From Cryomorphaceae bacterium (GTDB lineage Bacteria > Bacteroidota > Bacteroidia > Flavobacteriales > BACL11), in contig CATIQX010000043.1 in NCBI GenBank assembly GCA_949531795.1, forward strand, positions 1 to 38,467: 38,467 bases of DNA, read 5' to 3'. Positions within the stretch are counted from its first letter, which is position 1. Each line of letters opens with the position of its first letter. Under the pieces are notes generated by a model. That model was not told the origin of the DNA and ran no database searches. It was given only the letters and a program-made list of their open reading frames with translations. Below, piece by piece: positions 16,466-27,421 of this stretch. Position numbers and translations under genes: made by a program.

Positions 16466-19400
16466 TTATCCGGCCAAGGTAAATCGTAAACTAAATCCTG
16501 CGTTAGTAATTGCTCCTGGAAAAGTAGTTGAAATAAATGGATTTGTAATCACTCTATCATAAAATAACTTAATATTTAGTCTTTGATTCATCACATAATC
16601 AGCTGAAAATTTAACACTAATTATCTGTTGCCCCATAGTTAGTTGCTGCTGATCCTCAATCACTTTTCGAATAACTGTTTTATTACTCCTTATATTTAAG
16701 TCTAATTTTAAATCTAAATCGCTTGACATCTTCTTCCCTCTACCACCAGATAAAAAATTAAATTCTACATCTTTAAATCTATATCCAACTCCTACAATAT
16801 ACTCTTGCGATCCAGTTTCAGTAATCTGATTATTAGCTAAAGAAAGAGCCAAAACTCTGCTTCTTTTAATCTCTACTTTTGTAAGTAAGCTATTTTTCCA
16901 AGTCATATTCACCTTAAATAACGGACTGAATTGCTCATTAATTGTTACTTGAGAAATTTCTTTCTGAACATGATAACTCATGTTATTGAAATTGATCTCA
17001 CTTGTAAATCCATCTTTATTTATATCCTTATAATTCAAATTAGTTTGATATGAACTTATCGAATAAGTAGAACGATAAGCATGGCTAATACTAAATTGTT
17101 TAAAGTTCTTTTTAATGTACGGGATCTTTATAAAACCATCATATGTAATGCGCCAATTTGGTAATGGAATTGCTGGAAAAGCAGTCAACTTTGATTTAGA
17201 CGGATCTGAACCACTGTAAGCTGCCAAAAATGCTGGAATCATCACTTGTTGTGAGGTCGCTCCATAACCTCCTATTAAAGTAGCTGAAGAATCTCCAGGA
17301 TAAGTAATGTATTCAGTAGGATATCCTGTAACAGGATCTATTCCACCATTAAAATTAGGGTTATTATCAGCTAATTGTTTAGCAATATCACTTCTGTAAT
17401 TCTTAAAATTATTAAAAACTGATGATTCATCATTATCATTATCGCCATTAAAAGCAGTGAATAATGAGATGAATGAAATACTAAAACTTCCTGATTCTGT
17501 AGGACTAAAAGAATTGAAATTATCAATATCATCATCCCATCTATAATATTCTGTATAATTCTCTGAAGTAGTTTTATTCGCGGTCAACTCAATTCTAAAT
17601 TGTTTAATCGGCTCAACTGTACTTCTTAAAGTTAGATTGGTTGAAGTATTTGTCTTATACATAGTATTTAAATCAGTACTTTTTGTAATCCATCCATTTT
17701 CACCCCCTAGTTGCCTTATGTCGGACTGACTACCAAAAACAAAAGGCAAACCTGGAGAAAGGCTGGACCAATCTTGCCCTAATACTTTTGATTGATTAAG
17801 ATAACCCGGCAAAAAAGTTCCTTGATTCTCAGAGTAATTAATTGACACATTTTTTACTCCAAGAGCAAAACGTGTAATATGTTTTAAAAATTCAAATTTC
17901 TTTTTGGTATCATCACCCTCTTGATCTTGCCTATTCCTTACGGTACTACCTCCTCTAACTCTTTTACTTCTTTGGTTAAGCTTTTTAAAAAAAGGCACCT
18001 TATTATATAAAGTTGTTAAATTAATTTGTCCATTGTATTGTTTTGAATTGGAGTTTTGAATATTGTTACCAAGATAAGAAATTGCAGGAAGTGATGCTGT
18101 CCAATGATAGCTTGCATTGTATCTAGTATTTAATGATATGAAGTTTACAATTGGTATCTTATTTAAAGGTAATTGATAGTTCATACCAAATGTTTGATGA
18201 TAGTTTGTCGCCCTACCATAGTCCCAAACATTTTTCCAAATAGCATCAATCTTATCCATGTAATAAGGATCTGATTTATCCAATTTCCCTGATGGCTCAT
18301 CAATATTTGCTTGTTGATTTACAGAAAAATCTAACTTTAATGATCTGGTCAAATCATATTTTAACTCATAAGACCTATTCCAATTAAAAAATTTATTGTA
18401 GGTAGGAAATATAAGCATATTGGAATTGCTTAAATTCCTCATTTTGGTTTCATTATAATTTCTATCAATATTAGTCCTGAAAGAGAATGATTTAGGCATA
18501 GTATTAAAATTAAAATCTTTAATCAGCCTAAAGTAAGCTGATTTTGGAAACTTAATTTTTGAAAAAGGCTTTATATTTTTTGGTTGAGCATTAAAATTAT
18601 ATGTTAATGCTCCTCTATAATTTACTGTACGATTGTATTCAGTATTTATATTTCTAATTTTAGTTTCATTTTTGGAATAAGAAACAGTAACATTCTCTAT
18701 ATCATACAATCTAGCTTTTCTTGCTTTTTGTCCTTTCTTCTGAATTTTAGTTTTTCTAACGTTTGTAAAGTTTATGCTTTTTCTTGATACATAATCCTGT
18801 ACAATGTTTTTTAAATTATTTTTTTCAACTTTACTTGATAATGACTCTAATGATTCTGTTAACAAAAGATCAGGATCAAGAGGATTATATTGAGGGTTTT
18901 TAATAGTTTGTGATCTACCAATGTACATAGGGATTTTTAATCCGTAATTTTCAGGGAAAACTTCATCTACATTTAGAGTAGATGAAAAATCATATTGATA
19001 AGCATTATACTTCTGTCTTTCATTTACTTTTTTTTCAATACTTCCAAAGCCTATCGTACTCATATTTCCAGACAACGTAACATTCCCAAAATCAGCTAAT
19101 CGAGTAGTAATTCTACTATTTGCAGCCCAACCACCTTGCTCATCAAAGTCAGTTAATCTCAATTCATTAACCCATATCTGACCACATTTAGATAGGCCGT
19201 CATCGTTATCTTCTATTGATTTTTTCTTTGGATTTCTAACACCAATCATGATTGTTTTTACTTGAGCTAAGTTCGGATTACCGACTACTGTAACCTTACC
19301 TCCACTAGTAAATGTTATATATGGTGAAGACACATCAGTATTATTATAGTTTCTTTCCTGCTTTGCCTTTTTAAAGATTTCAAATGCAATATCAATTTCA

Positions 19401-22400
19401 TTTTGTGATGGCCAAATATTGTTAGGACTTGTAGTCCCGTGAGCAGTTGGTTTTAAAGCTATTTCATATTCATAATAGTTTGAAATAAAATCAGTTCCAA
19501 ATCTTAAAAAACAGGTTAAGTCTCCATCTTTTAAATTATCTTCTTCTCCCTCAGAATGAACAAACATTTTAATGCGTTTATAAGTTCTTAAGTCAATATC
19601 TGATGTTTTATAAGTAGCTCTAGAGTCTCCATCTTTTAGATTACAAACTTTAAGGACTAAAGATTGTTCGTTCTGCTGCCTTAGTGATGTAGTAGTATTG
19701 TCTACTTCCTGCTCTATACCTGGAGGTAACACATAGTTAATTGGCGAACGATTTCCATTCTCTTCAATATTAACAGCAGACACATCAAATGTAGTTTCAC
19801 CATTATCATCACTAGGGAGATATTCACCTGGCTCAGCTAAAGAAAAATTGTATCTTCTCCACTCACCTCTTACTAGATCAAAAGTTGCAAAACGGCAAAT
19901 AATCGGTTCATAAAAATCAGTAAGCACTAATCTCATAAAACGAATAGATTTAAAATCTCTAATCCCACCTACGGCTTTATCTGGCTGATAAACAGGAACT
20001 CTAAATTGATACCATTTAATATTTCTTGTTTGTCCATTTTCTGTTTTAACATTAGTTTCTAATACATCTGAAATATAATTCTGACCAACAATCATTTCTT
20101 GTGGGTCTAACCTAACTTTATATTGAAAATAGCTTTCTGTCTCGCTGAGTGTATGATCTCTATTTAAGTCTTCTGTATTGGGCTGTGAAGATGCCGCTGT
20201 AGGATAACTTTCAGGTGAATTATCAGTGGTAACTGAATTTCCTTCCGTATTATTAAAATTCTTATATCTTTCTAAAATTGCCACAGATTTAGTATCAAAA
20301 TCACTTCCTCTAAAATAATGAAAATCATCAGCAGATGGATCCCTAACTGCATTACTATATGCTGAAGAGTTAGCACCATAAGTTGTAAGTAATTGTTGGA
20401 TATAAACCGAATCAAAGAAAATTTTCTCATCAGTATTTCTTAGTCCATCCATACCAACATCTTGATATTCTCTAGATGAAGGGTCATTATCAAATGCTTC
20501 AACAATGGAAAAATTTGTTGGCACCCTCCCCCAAGCAGTAGTGTCTACATCCTCAACTATTGCTGAATTTGGCAAGCCATTCTCGAAGCTTTTGTATCCA
20601 TCCTTTAATACATCTTCAGAAACATTTCCTAGATGAATGTACATATCACCTCCTAAGTGATTGGATAAACCATCCTCATCATTAAATGGATCCATCATCC
20701 AGAACTCTACAAATTCAATATTTGACGCTTCAAAATCATTGGTTTCTAATTTACGCATTATCCCTCCCCAACTTAGATTAGGAGTAATTAATTTACCATA
20801 TTCATCTATACCATTGATAGTGTAATTATTTGGACCTCTTTCTTGGGGATAATAAGCAAGGTCTAACACTGAAAGGTTTGTTATTTGACTTCCTAAATTA
20901 GGATCTTTATTTGGGAACACCTCAGTTTCCAAAACCTCACGAGCATAATGATAAGATTGCTGAGCAATTGTACTTCCATTTTCTAATATTAAATTTTTAT
21001 TTACATTTGGAGGTGTAATAGATGTATTTCTAAAAAATAAAGGATCAATTGTATACCAAGCTAATTTTGCTCTTTTAAAACCTAGTATCAAATTATTATT
21101 TTCATTAGAATTTTCAAATAAGTTTTGTTGGCCCTGAGGTATGCTAGCCAACTTCCATGCCCCCATATTTTTTATGTCAATTGAAGTTCTACTTGACTCA
21201 AAATCATCAATGTAAGAGACCCCTTCCCTGCCAACAGCACGATGGTGCCCAGGAATAAGATGTGCAAATTCTGCAGTTGCAATAAATCTTGATTTTGCCT
21301 TTGTTTCAATTAGAGGCAACTTATCAATTGCAGTAGTTAACCATGGTAATTCAGTTTGATAATTGGCGTCTAAGCCCCAAATCGTGTTAGAAATAGGCTC
21401 ATCTCCAGAATTTATTTTTGTTGTATATGGTCGTTCAGTGAGATTCAACATAGTTGCTCCAATTAAGAAATCCTTATTTATTTCATAATCAGCGTGTAAA
21501 CCAACTAACGTCTTGTTCTGAATACCAAACATAGAATTATTCTCTAAAGAAATTTTGATAGGCACACCTGAACTTAATATTCCATCATTAATAACGGTAA
21601 CACGCCCCAACATATAGTCTACAGTATAATCCTGATTTTCAACCAACTTTTGAGAGCCTGCAGTTACCGTTACTGAACCTTCTGGAACATTCATTGCATT
21701 CAAACGAATTTCAGCTCCAAATGAAGATTGATAAGTACCTTTTAATCGAAATTTATTTTTTTCAGGAAATTGTTGCGCAACTGTTAAAGTAGAGTCATAT
21801 AAAATCTGATATGAGTATTTATCTGCAATAGTTGGATCACTGAATTTAGAAACTAAATAATTTCCAAATGGTTCTCTTACTGGGAAAATTATCCTTCCAT
21901 TTGACGATCTAACTGTAATACCCTCCATGTAATCAAAAACACCATCAGACTGAACATCCATCTGCTTATTCAATCTATCTAAATTTAGTAGTTTGATTAA
22001 TGGTACTCCGTTGATATTTTGTTCTTCTGGCTCACTCAAATAATTGGTTAAAGCTCCTGATTCTTCCGTATTTTCATAAACTACGTCTAATACAAAGCCA
22101 TCCTCACTCATTTGATAAGCTCCTATAGCATAAATATTTTTCATCATTAAATTCCAGTTTGGTAAAGAGGGGGTGAAATTTGTTCCCTTTAACAATTTTA
22201 AAATTAGTGTATTTGGTGCGTTAGGTCCTGTTGTGCTTAATTCTCCTACTTGGAAAGTTTCACTTCCTACAGTATATTGAAAAGCAATTGCTAATACTTC
22301 ATCATTATTCAAAGCTTGATTAAGCGAAACATAACCCAACTGTCTGTGAAAAGAATATTCCGATTCTGACAATTTTCGTGCTCTTTCTAACTTTTCAAAA

Positions 22401-23614
22401 TCTGTTCCATTTGACAATGAAGTAGATTGCAATGTGCTATTTACATCATTAATATTTCGTATTCCAGCGAATTGCGTAGTTAGGGATGTAAACATATCAT
22501 TTGCAGCAATATTATCAGGAAAATTACTATTGCTTGGAAAAGTAAATGCTGTATTATAAATATTTCCATTTGTTTCTCCTAGGTCCAAAAACGAAACAAT
22601 ATTTCTTGTATCGTTTGTTGTTCCTGTTTTATTAGTTACCCACACCTCAATTTTAGTAATATCTATTCCAGAATTTATAAATGGTAAATTCTTTAATGCT
22701 TCATCATATTGATCTTTAAAGTAATGGGATAAGAAATAATGCTTATTAGCCTCATATTGATCAGCATACACATCAAATTCAGATGTTTGCGCTCCACCAC
22801 TCACTTCAATTTCTGATTTTGTACTTTTTTGCTGGGATAAAATTCCGGTAATAGTTGTACGTCCAAATTGTAACTGTGTTTTAAAACCAAAAAGAGATTG
22901 ACTACCTGTAATTAATGTTCCGTTTAATGGTAAACTTACATTTCCTATCTCTATTTTTTTTATAATCTCATCTTCATATCCTGTGTATTCCAATTTCATT
23001 TGATTCTCAAAATCAAAAGTACTTTCGGTATTAAAGTTAGTAGTTAGTTTTAATTTATCACCAATTTTACCAATCACATTCATTTGTATCTTTTCTTGAA
23101 AATCAAATGAAGTAGTTTTTCTTTGTTGTTCTGTTAAAGCAGGATTATCCAATCTGTTAATTTTTAAACCAAAGATAAGTTCAGCAGAACCTTGAGGACG
23201 AATATCAACAGAATTACCACCAAAAATTTTATCAAAAGCCTGACCAGGAATAAATAATTTAGGCAAGCCCAAAGCTGAAGTCTGATTACCTGCACGTTCA
23301 CTTGACCTATCATTCCAATAATCAACAATAAAATTTTTCATTTTATATTGCTGATATTCTTTGAAACCCAGAGTAGTCAACCCTCCTAACGTAAGCCCTC
23401 CTATTTTACGCTGTAGAGTATATTGATTATTAAGAATATCATAATTAACCTGTGATTTAATATTACTAGGTGTATTCATAAACATACCTCCGCTTTGATT
23501 CCCAGAAAAAGGATACGCCAAAGAAGAGTCGGAAGATTGCCCAAAAACATGAACATTTGCAAAAAACAATGCAAAAACTAATAAAAATAAACTATGATTT
23601 CTAATGATTTTCAA
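16466..23614 (-). CDS. sprA: T9SS outer-membrane translocon / cell-surface gliding protein SprA (Sov)
   Basis: At 2382 aa with a signal peptide, its size and beta-rich composition match F. johnsoniae SprA (~2400 aa). The ruvA-sprA-gcvH neighbourhood is typical of Flavobacteriia. Confidence 0.88.
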   Translation of the reverse strand: MKIIRNHSLFLLVFALFFANVHVFGQSSDSSLAYPFSGNQSGGMFMNTPSNIKSQVNYDILNNQYTLQRKIGGLTLGGLTTLGFKEYQQYKMKNFIVDYWNDRSSERAGNQTSALGLPKLFIPGQAFDKIFGGNSVDIRPQGSAELIFGLKINRLDNPALTEQQRKTTSFDFQEKIQMNVIGKIGDKLKLTTNFNTESTFDFENQMKLEYTGYEDEIIKKIEIGNVSLPLNGTLITGSQSLFGFKTQLQFGRTTITGILSQQKSTKSEIEVSGGAQTSEFDVYADQYEANKHYFLSHYFKDQYDEALKNLPFINSGIDITKIEVWVTNKTGTTNDTRNIVSFLDLGETNGNIYNTAFTFPSNSNFPDNIAANDMFTSLTTQFAGIRNINDVNSTLQSTSLSNGTDFEKLERARKLSESEYSFHRQLGYVSLNQALNNDEVLAIAFQYTVGSETFQVGELSTTGPNAPNTLILKLLKGTNFTPSLPNWNLMMKNIYAIGAYQMSEDGFVLDVVYENTEESGALTNYLSEPEEQNINGVPLIKLLNLDRLNKQMDVQSDGVFDYMEGITVRSSNGRIIFPVREPFGNYLVSKFSDPTIADKYSYQILYDSTLTVAQQFPEKNKFRLKGTYQSSFGAEIRLNAMNVPEGSVTVTAGSQKLVENQDYTVDYMLGRVTVINDGILSSGVPIKISLENNSMFGIQNKTLVGLHADYEINKDFLIGATMLNLTERPYTTKINSGDEPISNTIWGLDANYQTELPWLTTAIDKLPLIETKAKSRFIATAEFAHLIPGHHRAVGREGVSYIDDFESSRTSIDIKNMGAWKLASIPQGQQNLFENSNENNNLILGFKRAKLAWYTIDPLFFRNTSITPPNVNKNLILENGSTIAQQSYHYAREVLETEVFPNKDPNLGSQITNLSVLDLAYYPQERGPNNYTINGIDEYGKLITPNLSWGGIMRKLETNDFEASNIEFVEFWMMDPFNDEDGLSNHLGGDMYIHLGNVSEDVLKDGYKSFENGLPNSAIVEDVDTTAWGRVPTNFSIVEAFDNDPSSREYQDVGMDGLRNTDEKIFFDSVYIQQLLTTYGANSSAYSNAVRDPSADDFHYFRGSDFDTKSVAILERYKNFNNTEGNSVTTDNSPESYPTAASSQPNTEDLNRDHTLSETESYFQYKVRLDPQEMIVGQNYISDVLETNVKTENGQTRNIKWYQFRVPVYQPDKAVGGIRDFKSIRFMRLVLTDFYEPIICRFATFDLVRGEWRRYNFSLAEPGEYLPSDDNGETTFDVSAVNIEENGNRSPINYVLPPGIEQEVDNTTTSLRQQNEQSLVLKVCNLKDGDSRATYKTSDIDLRTYKRIKMFVHSEGEEDNLKDGDLTCFLRFGTDFISNYYEYEIALKPTAHGTTSPNNIWPSQNEIDIAFEIFKKAKQERNYNNTDVSSPYITFTSGGKVTVVGNPNLAQVKTIMIGVRNPKKKSIEDNDDGLSKCGQIWVNELRLTDFDEQGGWAANSRITTRLADFGNVTLSGNMSTIGFGSIEKKVNERQKYNAYQYDFSSTLNVDEVFPENYGLKIPMYIGRSQTIKNPQYNPLDPDLLLTESLESLSSKVEKNNLKNIVQDYVSRKSINFTNVRKTKIQKKGQKARKARLYDIENVTVSYSKNETKIRNINTEYNRTVNYRGALTYNFNAQPKNIKPFSKIKFPKSAYFRLIKDFNFNTMPKSFSFRTNIDRNYNETKMRNLSNSNMLIFPTYNKFFNWNRSYELKYDLTRSLKLDFSVNQQANIDEPSGKLDKSDPYYMDKIDAIWKNVWDYGRATNYHQTFGMNYQLPLNKIPIVNFISLNTRYNASYHWTASLPAISYLGNNIQNSNSKQYNGQINLTTLYNKVPFFKKLNQRSKRVRGGSTVRNRQDQEGDDTKKKFEFLKHITRFALGVKNVSINYSENQGTFLPGYLNQSKVLGQDWSSLSPGLPFVFGSQSDIRQLGGENGWITKSTDLNTMYKTNTSTNLTLRSTVEPIKQFRIELTANKTTSENYTEYYRWDDDIDNFNSFSPTESGSFSISFISLFTAFNGDNDNDESSVFNNFKNYRSDIAKQLADNNPNFNGGIDPVTGYPTEYITYPGDSSATLIGGYGATSQQVMIPAFLAAYSGSDPSKSKLTAFPAIPLPNWRITYDGFIKIPYIKKNFKQFSISHAYRSTYSISSYQTNLNYKDINKDGFTSEINFNNMSYHVQKEISQVTINEQFSPLFKVNMTWKNSLLTKVEIKRSRVLALSLANNQITETGSQEYIVGVGYRFKDVEFNFLSGGRGKKMSSDLDLKLDLNIRSNKTVIRKVIEDQQQLTMGQQIISVKFSADYVMNQRLNIKLFYDRVITNPFISTTFPGAITNAGFSLRFTLAG

Positions 23615-23629
23615 TTCCTAATATAGTAG

Positions 23630-24214
23630 TTACATTTGGCTTAATGCCGTTCTCACTAAATCTTCAACAGTTACAATTTCAGGGTTTGATCTTAATACTT
23701 TATCTATTTTGATTTCAGCCCCTTTTTTAGCAAATCCTAAAGCTAGTAGTGCAGATAACGCCTCTTCCTTGATAGTATTGTCTACAGCGTCAAACAATAA
23801 ATCAGAAGTGGGCATTCCTTTGGCGACCTTATCTTTTAAGTCAATAATAATTCTTTGGGCTGTTTTTGCACCAATTCCTTTCACGCTTTGTACCGCTTTC
23901 ACATCAGCACTAGTTATATGATGAATGATTTCCTGTGGAGAATAGGTTGATAGTATTACCTGAGCAGTACTTGGACCAACACCTGAAACAGAAATTAAAT
24001 TTCGAAATAAATGACGTTCACTTTCTTCAAAGAAACCAAATAACGTATGTGAATCCTCCTTTACTGAAAGATGAGTATATAATTTACACAACTCTCCATC
24101 AATTGCGGAGAATGTTTGTAAAGATATTTTTATTTTATAGCCTATACCATTACCATCAACGACTACATAAGTTGGTGTTTTTTCTATTAGTTTTCCGTGT
24201 ATATGTGTTATCAT
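23630..24214 (-). CDS. ruvA: Holliday junction branch migration complex subunit RuvA
   Basis: [24 protein letters not shown], HhH motifs (LISVSGVGPSTA, VKGIGAKTAQRI) and a C-terminal domain III. The protein is 194 aa. Confidence 0.95.
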   Translation of the reverse strand: MITHIHGKLIEKTPTYVVVDGNGIGYKIKISLQTFSAIDGELCKLYTHLSVKEDSHTLFGFFEESERHLFRNLISVSGVGPSTAQVILSTYSPQEIIHHITSADVKAVQSVKGIGAKTAQRIIIDLKDKVAKGMPTSDLLFDAVDNTIKEEALSALLALGFAKKGAEIKIDKVLRSNPEIVTVEDLVRTALSQM

Positions 24215-26481
24215 CTTTTTATTTGAGCATCGACAACCGACAAGGTTACCATATTAATAATTTCACGCACAGTACACCCTAACTGCAAGATATGTACTGG
24301 CTTTTTCATTCCAACTAAAACAGGACCAATTGAGTCAGCCTCTGAAACTTCTTGTATTAATTTATACGCTAAATTACCGGATTCAAGATTAGGGAAAATT
24401 AATGTATTTGCTTGTTCCTCTGCTAGTTCCGAAAATGGAAAAATACCTGCTGTTTTCTCACTATCTAAAGCAAAGTCTGCCTGAATCTCTCCATCAACTA
24501 TCAAATTAGGATTTCTTTCTTTCAAAAGAACTGTTGCTTTTGCCATTTTTGAAGATCCTTCAGTTCTTGTAGAACCAAAATTAGAATACGACAATAAGGC
24601 TACCCTTGGTGTTATATTGAATCTTTTAACCGATTTAACAATCATTTCGCTCATATCAACTAATTCTTCAGCCGTAGGGTTTGTATTGATTGTTGTATCT
24701 GCTAAAAATAGCGTTCCTTTTTTAGTATTCATAATATACATCCCAGCTACTTTCTTCACATCATCCTGCTTACCAATAACTTCAAGTGCAGGCTTAATTG
24801 TAGTTCTATAATTTCTTGAAATACCGGAAATTAAGGCGTCTGCCTCTCCATTTTCTACCATCATTGATCCAAAATAGTTACGCTCACGCATTAACTTTCT
24901 GGCTTCAAACTGAGTAAGCCCTTTTCTTTTTCTTTTTTCCCATAGAATATCACCATACTCATCCCTTTTCTTTTCTTGTGAAATCGCTTTAGGGTCAATA
25001 ATGATTAAATTCTCAAACTCAATAGAAAACTCCTCAATTAAATCAATGATTTTCTGTTTTCTTCCCAATAAAATTGGAATTGCAATCCCCTCATCACTTA
25101 CTTGTTGAGCAGCCTTTAATATTTTATAATGCTCAGCCTCAGCAAAAACAACTTTTTTAGGATTTCGTTTTGCTCTAGCAGTTAAGGTCCTGATTAACTT
25201 ATTATCTAGACCTAATCGTTTTTTTAAACTTTCACGGTACTTGTTCCAGTCCGGAATTTCCAACTTTGCCACTCCACTTCTAATTGCCGACATAGCCACT
25301 GCAGGAGCTACAGCAGTAATTAATCTAGGGTCTAAAGGTTTAGGAATAATATATTCAGAACCAAAGGTTAAAGTATTATCATCATAGGCTAAATTAATTT
25401 CATCTAACACTGTTTCCTTAGCCAAATTAGCAATTGCCTTTACAGCTGCCAACTTCATATTTTCATTTATTTCAGTTGCTCTGACATCCAGAGCTCCTCT
25501 GAAAATATAAGGGAAGCCTAGTACATTATTTACTTGATTAGGATGATCAGATCTTCCTGTGGCCATAATAATATCATCACGAGAAGCCATAGCATCTTTG
25601 TATGAAATCTCAGGATCAGGATTAGCTAAAGCAAATACAATTGGGCGTTTTGACATAGATTGAACCATTTCTGATGTTACAATATTTGCTACTGAAAGTC
25701 CTAAGAAAACATCTGCATTTTTCATAGCTTCATCTAGGGAATCACATCTTCTGTTAGTTGCAAAAATTTTCTTGTTACCTTTTAGGCCTGCCCTGTTTTG
25801 CTTAATAACTCCTTTGCTATCCAGCATGACAATATTTTCCTTTTTTACTCCTAAGGATAAGTACAATTTTGAACAGGACATAGCTGCTGCACCTGCACCG
25901 TTAACTACAATTTTAATTTTTGAAATATCTTTTTTGGCAATTTCTAAAGCATTTAATAAAGCCGCTGACGAAATAATAGCTGTCCCGTGCTGATCGTCAT
26001 GCATGACTGGAATATCAAGCTCTTCTTTAAGTCTTCTTTCAATTTCAAAACATTCTGGTGCTTTTATATCTTCCAGATTAATTCCGCCAAAAGTAGGAGC
26101 AATTGCTTTTACAGTTTGAACAAATGTATCAATGTCACTTGCATCTACTTCTATGTCAAAAACATCAATATCAGCAAAAATCTTAAATAACAATCCTTTT
26201 CCTTCCATCACTGGTTTTGATGCTTCAGGACCTATATCCCCTAAACCTAACACTGCTGTTCCATTTGAAATAACAGCAACCAAATTTCCTTTTGCTGTGT
26301 ATTTATAGACATCATCTTTCTTTTTTGAAATCTGCTTGCAAGGTTCAGCAACTCCAGGAGAATAGGCTAAAGAAAGTTCTCTCTGAGAACTATGTTGCTT
26401 GGTTGGTATAACCTCAATCTTACCAGGCCTTCCTTCTGCATGATAAGCCAAAGCCTCTTTCTTACTTATTTTTTCTGCCAT
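24211..26481 (-). CDS. maeB: NADP-dependent malic enzyme (malic enzyme domain fused to a PTA-like domain)
   Basis: [40 protein letters not shown] and VNGAGAAA are present. The ~330-aa C-terminal phosphate acetyltransferase-like domain brings the total to 756 aa. Confidence 0.92.
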   Translation of the reverse strand: MAEKISKKEALAYHAEGRPGKIEVIPTKQHSSQRELSLAYSPGVAEPCKQISKKKDDVYKYTAKGNLVAVISNGTAVLGLGDIGPEASKPVMEGKGLLFKIFADIDVFDIEVDASDIDTFVQTVKAIAPTFGGINLEDIKAPECFEIERRLKEELDIPVMHDDQHGTAIISSAALLNALEIAKKDISKIKIVVNGAGAAAMSCSKLYLSLGVKKENIVMLDSKGVIKQNRAGLKGNKKIFATNRRCDSLDEAMKNADVFLGLSVANIVTSEMVQSMSKRPIVFALANPDPEISYKDAMASRDDIIMATGRSDHPNQVNNVLGFPYIFRGALDVRATEINENMKLAAVKAIANLAKETVLDEINLAYDDNTLTFGSEYIIPKPLDPRLITAVAPAVAMSAIRSGVAKLEIPDWNKYRESLKKRLGLDNKLIRTLTARAKRNPKKVVFAEAEHYKILKAAQQVSDEGIAIPILLGRKQKIIDLIEEFSIEFENLIIIDPKAISQEKKRDEYGDILWEKRKRKGLTQFEARKLMRERNYFGSMMVENGEADALISGISRNYRTTIKPALEVIGKQDDVKKVAGMYIMNTKKGTLFLADTTINTNPTAEELVDMSEMIVKSVKRFNITPRVALLSYSNFGSTRTEGSSKMAKATVLLKERNPNLIVDGEIQADFALDSEKTAGIFPFSELAEEQANTLIFPNLESGNLAYKLIQEVSEADSIGPVLVGMKKPVHILQLGCTVREIINMVTLSVVDAQIKR

Positions 26482-26504
26482 ATTTCTCTAACTTTATAAG
26501 TAGG

Positions 26505-26512
26505 CAAATTTA
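26505..26512 (-). promoter_or_regulatory. -7 box (TAAATTTG) upstream of maeB
   Basis: Exact TAnnTTTG on the minus strand, 23 nt upstream of the ATG at 26481. Confidence 0.4.
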
Positions 26513-26537
26513 ATGATTTGAATATATTTAGCACCAT

Positions 26538-26572
26538 AAAAAAGAAAACCCTACGCTTTCGAACAGGGTTTT
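26538..26572 (-). terminator. Rho-independent terminator after the 26595-27281 gene
   Basis: The minus-strand RNA is AAAACCCU-(12-nt loop)-AGGGUUUU followed by CUUUUUU. Confidence 0.6.
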
Positions 26573-26594
26573 AATTTATTATTTAAAGAATTTT

Positions 26595-27281
26595 TTACTG
26601 TACAATCAATTTTTTAATTGAAACAACTTCATTATTCACTATTAAATTTCCAAAATAAATTCCTTTATTCATATCAGATAAATCAAGTTTTTGAACTCCC
26701 TCTTTACTAAGTAAAATCTCTTTTACATTATTTCCTAAAATATCAATCAATTTAAGTAATGCAGAATTACCATTAAAATTAAAGTAAACTATGTCATTAG
26801 CAGGATTTGGATAGAAATCACCAACATTTTCATAGTATGAATTATCATTAATTGATGTAGCACTTCCATGATAAGTTACTGTAAAGCATGATCTATCAAG
26901 GGTATCTGAAACAGGGTAAAAACAATACTCGACAATTCCAATCCCTTGTTCACAATAGGCATCAAAATATCCAGTAAATGACACTGAGTTACCTTGACCA
27001 GAGTTCAATGTCAAAAATTGAGAAGAAACCAATGTATTGACACCATAACAAAGGCCGCCCCAACAAAAAGTGTTATCCATCCCAGCTGGCACAGAGATTA
27101 CATTTTTCTCACAAATAACATCATGATCCTTATTAGAAACATTTTTTACATTCAAATAAGAATATGTTCTTAGGCAAATATCGGAACTCAATACTGAATT
27201 ATCTCCCGTAACAACTAAACTTTGTGCAGAAACAATACTAATTTGTGTAATAACGAGTATGTAAAGTATAATTTTTCTCAT
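26595..27281 (-). CDS. Cys-rich secreted hypothetical protein with a T9SS type-A C-terminal sorting domain
   Basis: The signal peptide MRKIILYILVITQISIVSAQS starts at M21 of the track ORF, and a TACCTTTG box at 27296-27303 lies inside the longer version. There are 10 Cys in the mature part, including FCWGGLCYG. The C-terminus (FYPNPANDIVYF...IDILGN...KGIYFGNL...KKLIVQ) is a typical T9SS CTD. Confidence 0.75.
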   Translation of the reverse strand: MRKIILYILVITQISIVSAQSLVVTGDNSVLSSDICLRTYSYLNVKNVSNKDHDVICEKNVISVPAGMDNTFCWGGLCYGVNTLVSSQFLTLNSGQGNSVSFTGYFDAYCEQGIGIVEYCFYPVSDTLDRSCFTVTYHGSATSINDNSYYENVGDFYPNPANDIVYFNFNGNSALLKLIDILGNNVKEILLSKEGVQKLDLSDMNKGIYFGNLIVNNEVVSIKKLIVQ

Positions 27282-27295
27282 GGTAATATTTTTTC

Positions 27296-27303
27296 CAAAG
27301 GTA
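27296..27303 (-). promoter_or_regulatory. -7 box (TACCTTTG) upstream of the 27281 start
   Basis: Exact TAnnTTTG on the minus strand, 14 nt upstream of the ATG at 27281. Confidence 0.4.
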
Positions 27304-27383
27304 CAAAATTTTACTTTAATATTTTTTATTGTTGAATACATAAGATTCTAAATTAACATTCTCATAAACTGCTGTATTTTTTG

Positions 27384-27391
27384 TATATTTG
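27384..27391 (+). promoter_or_regulatory. -7 box (TATATTTG) upstream of the 27422 gene
   Basis: Exact TAnnTTTG, 30 nt upstream of the ATG. Confidence 0.4.
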
Positions 27392-27421
27392 ACAAATTAT
27401 TTAATCTAACCAAAAAAAATT

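Noticed and set aside
26545-26572. GC-richer palindromic stretch containing TTCGAA that briefly looked tRNA-like
   Set aside because: It has only one stem-loop, with no cloverleaf, no T-loop consensus (GGTTCGAATCC) and no acceptor pairing. It fits a rho-independent terminator followed by a U-run on the minus strand.
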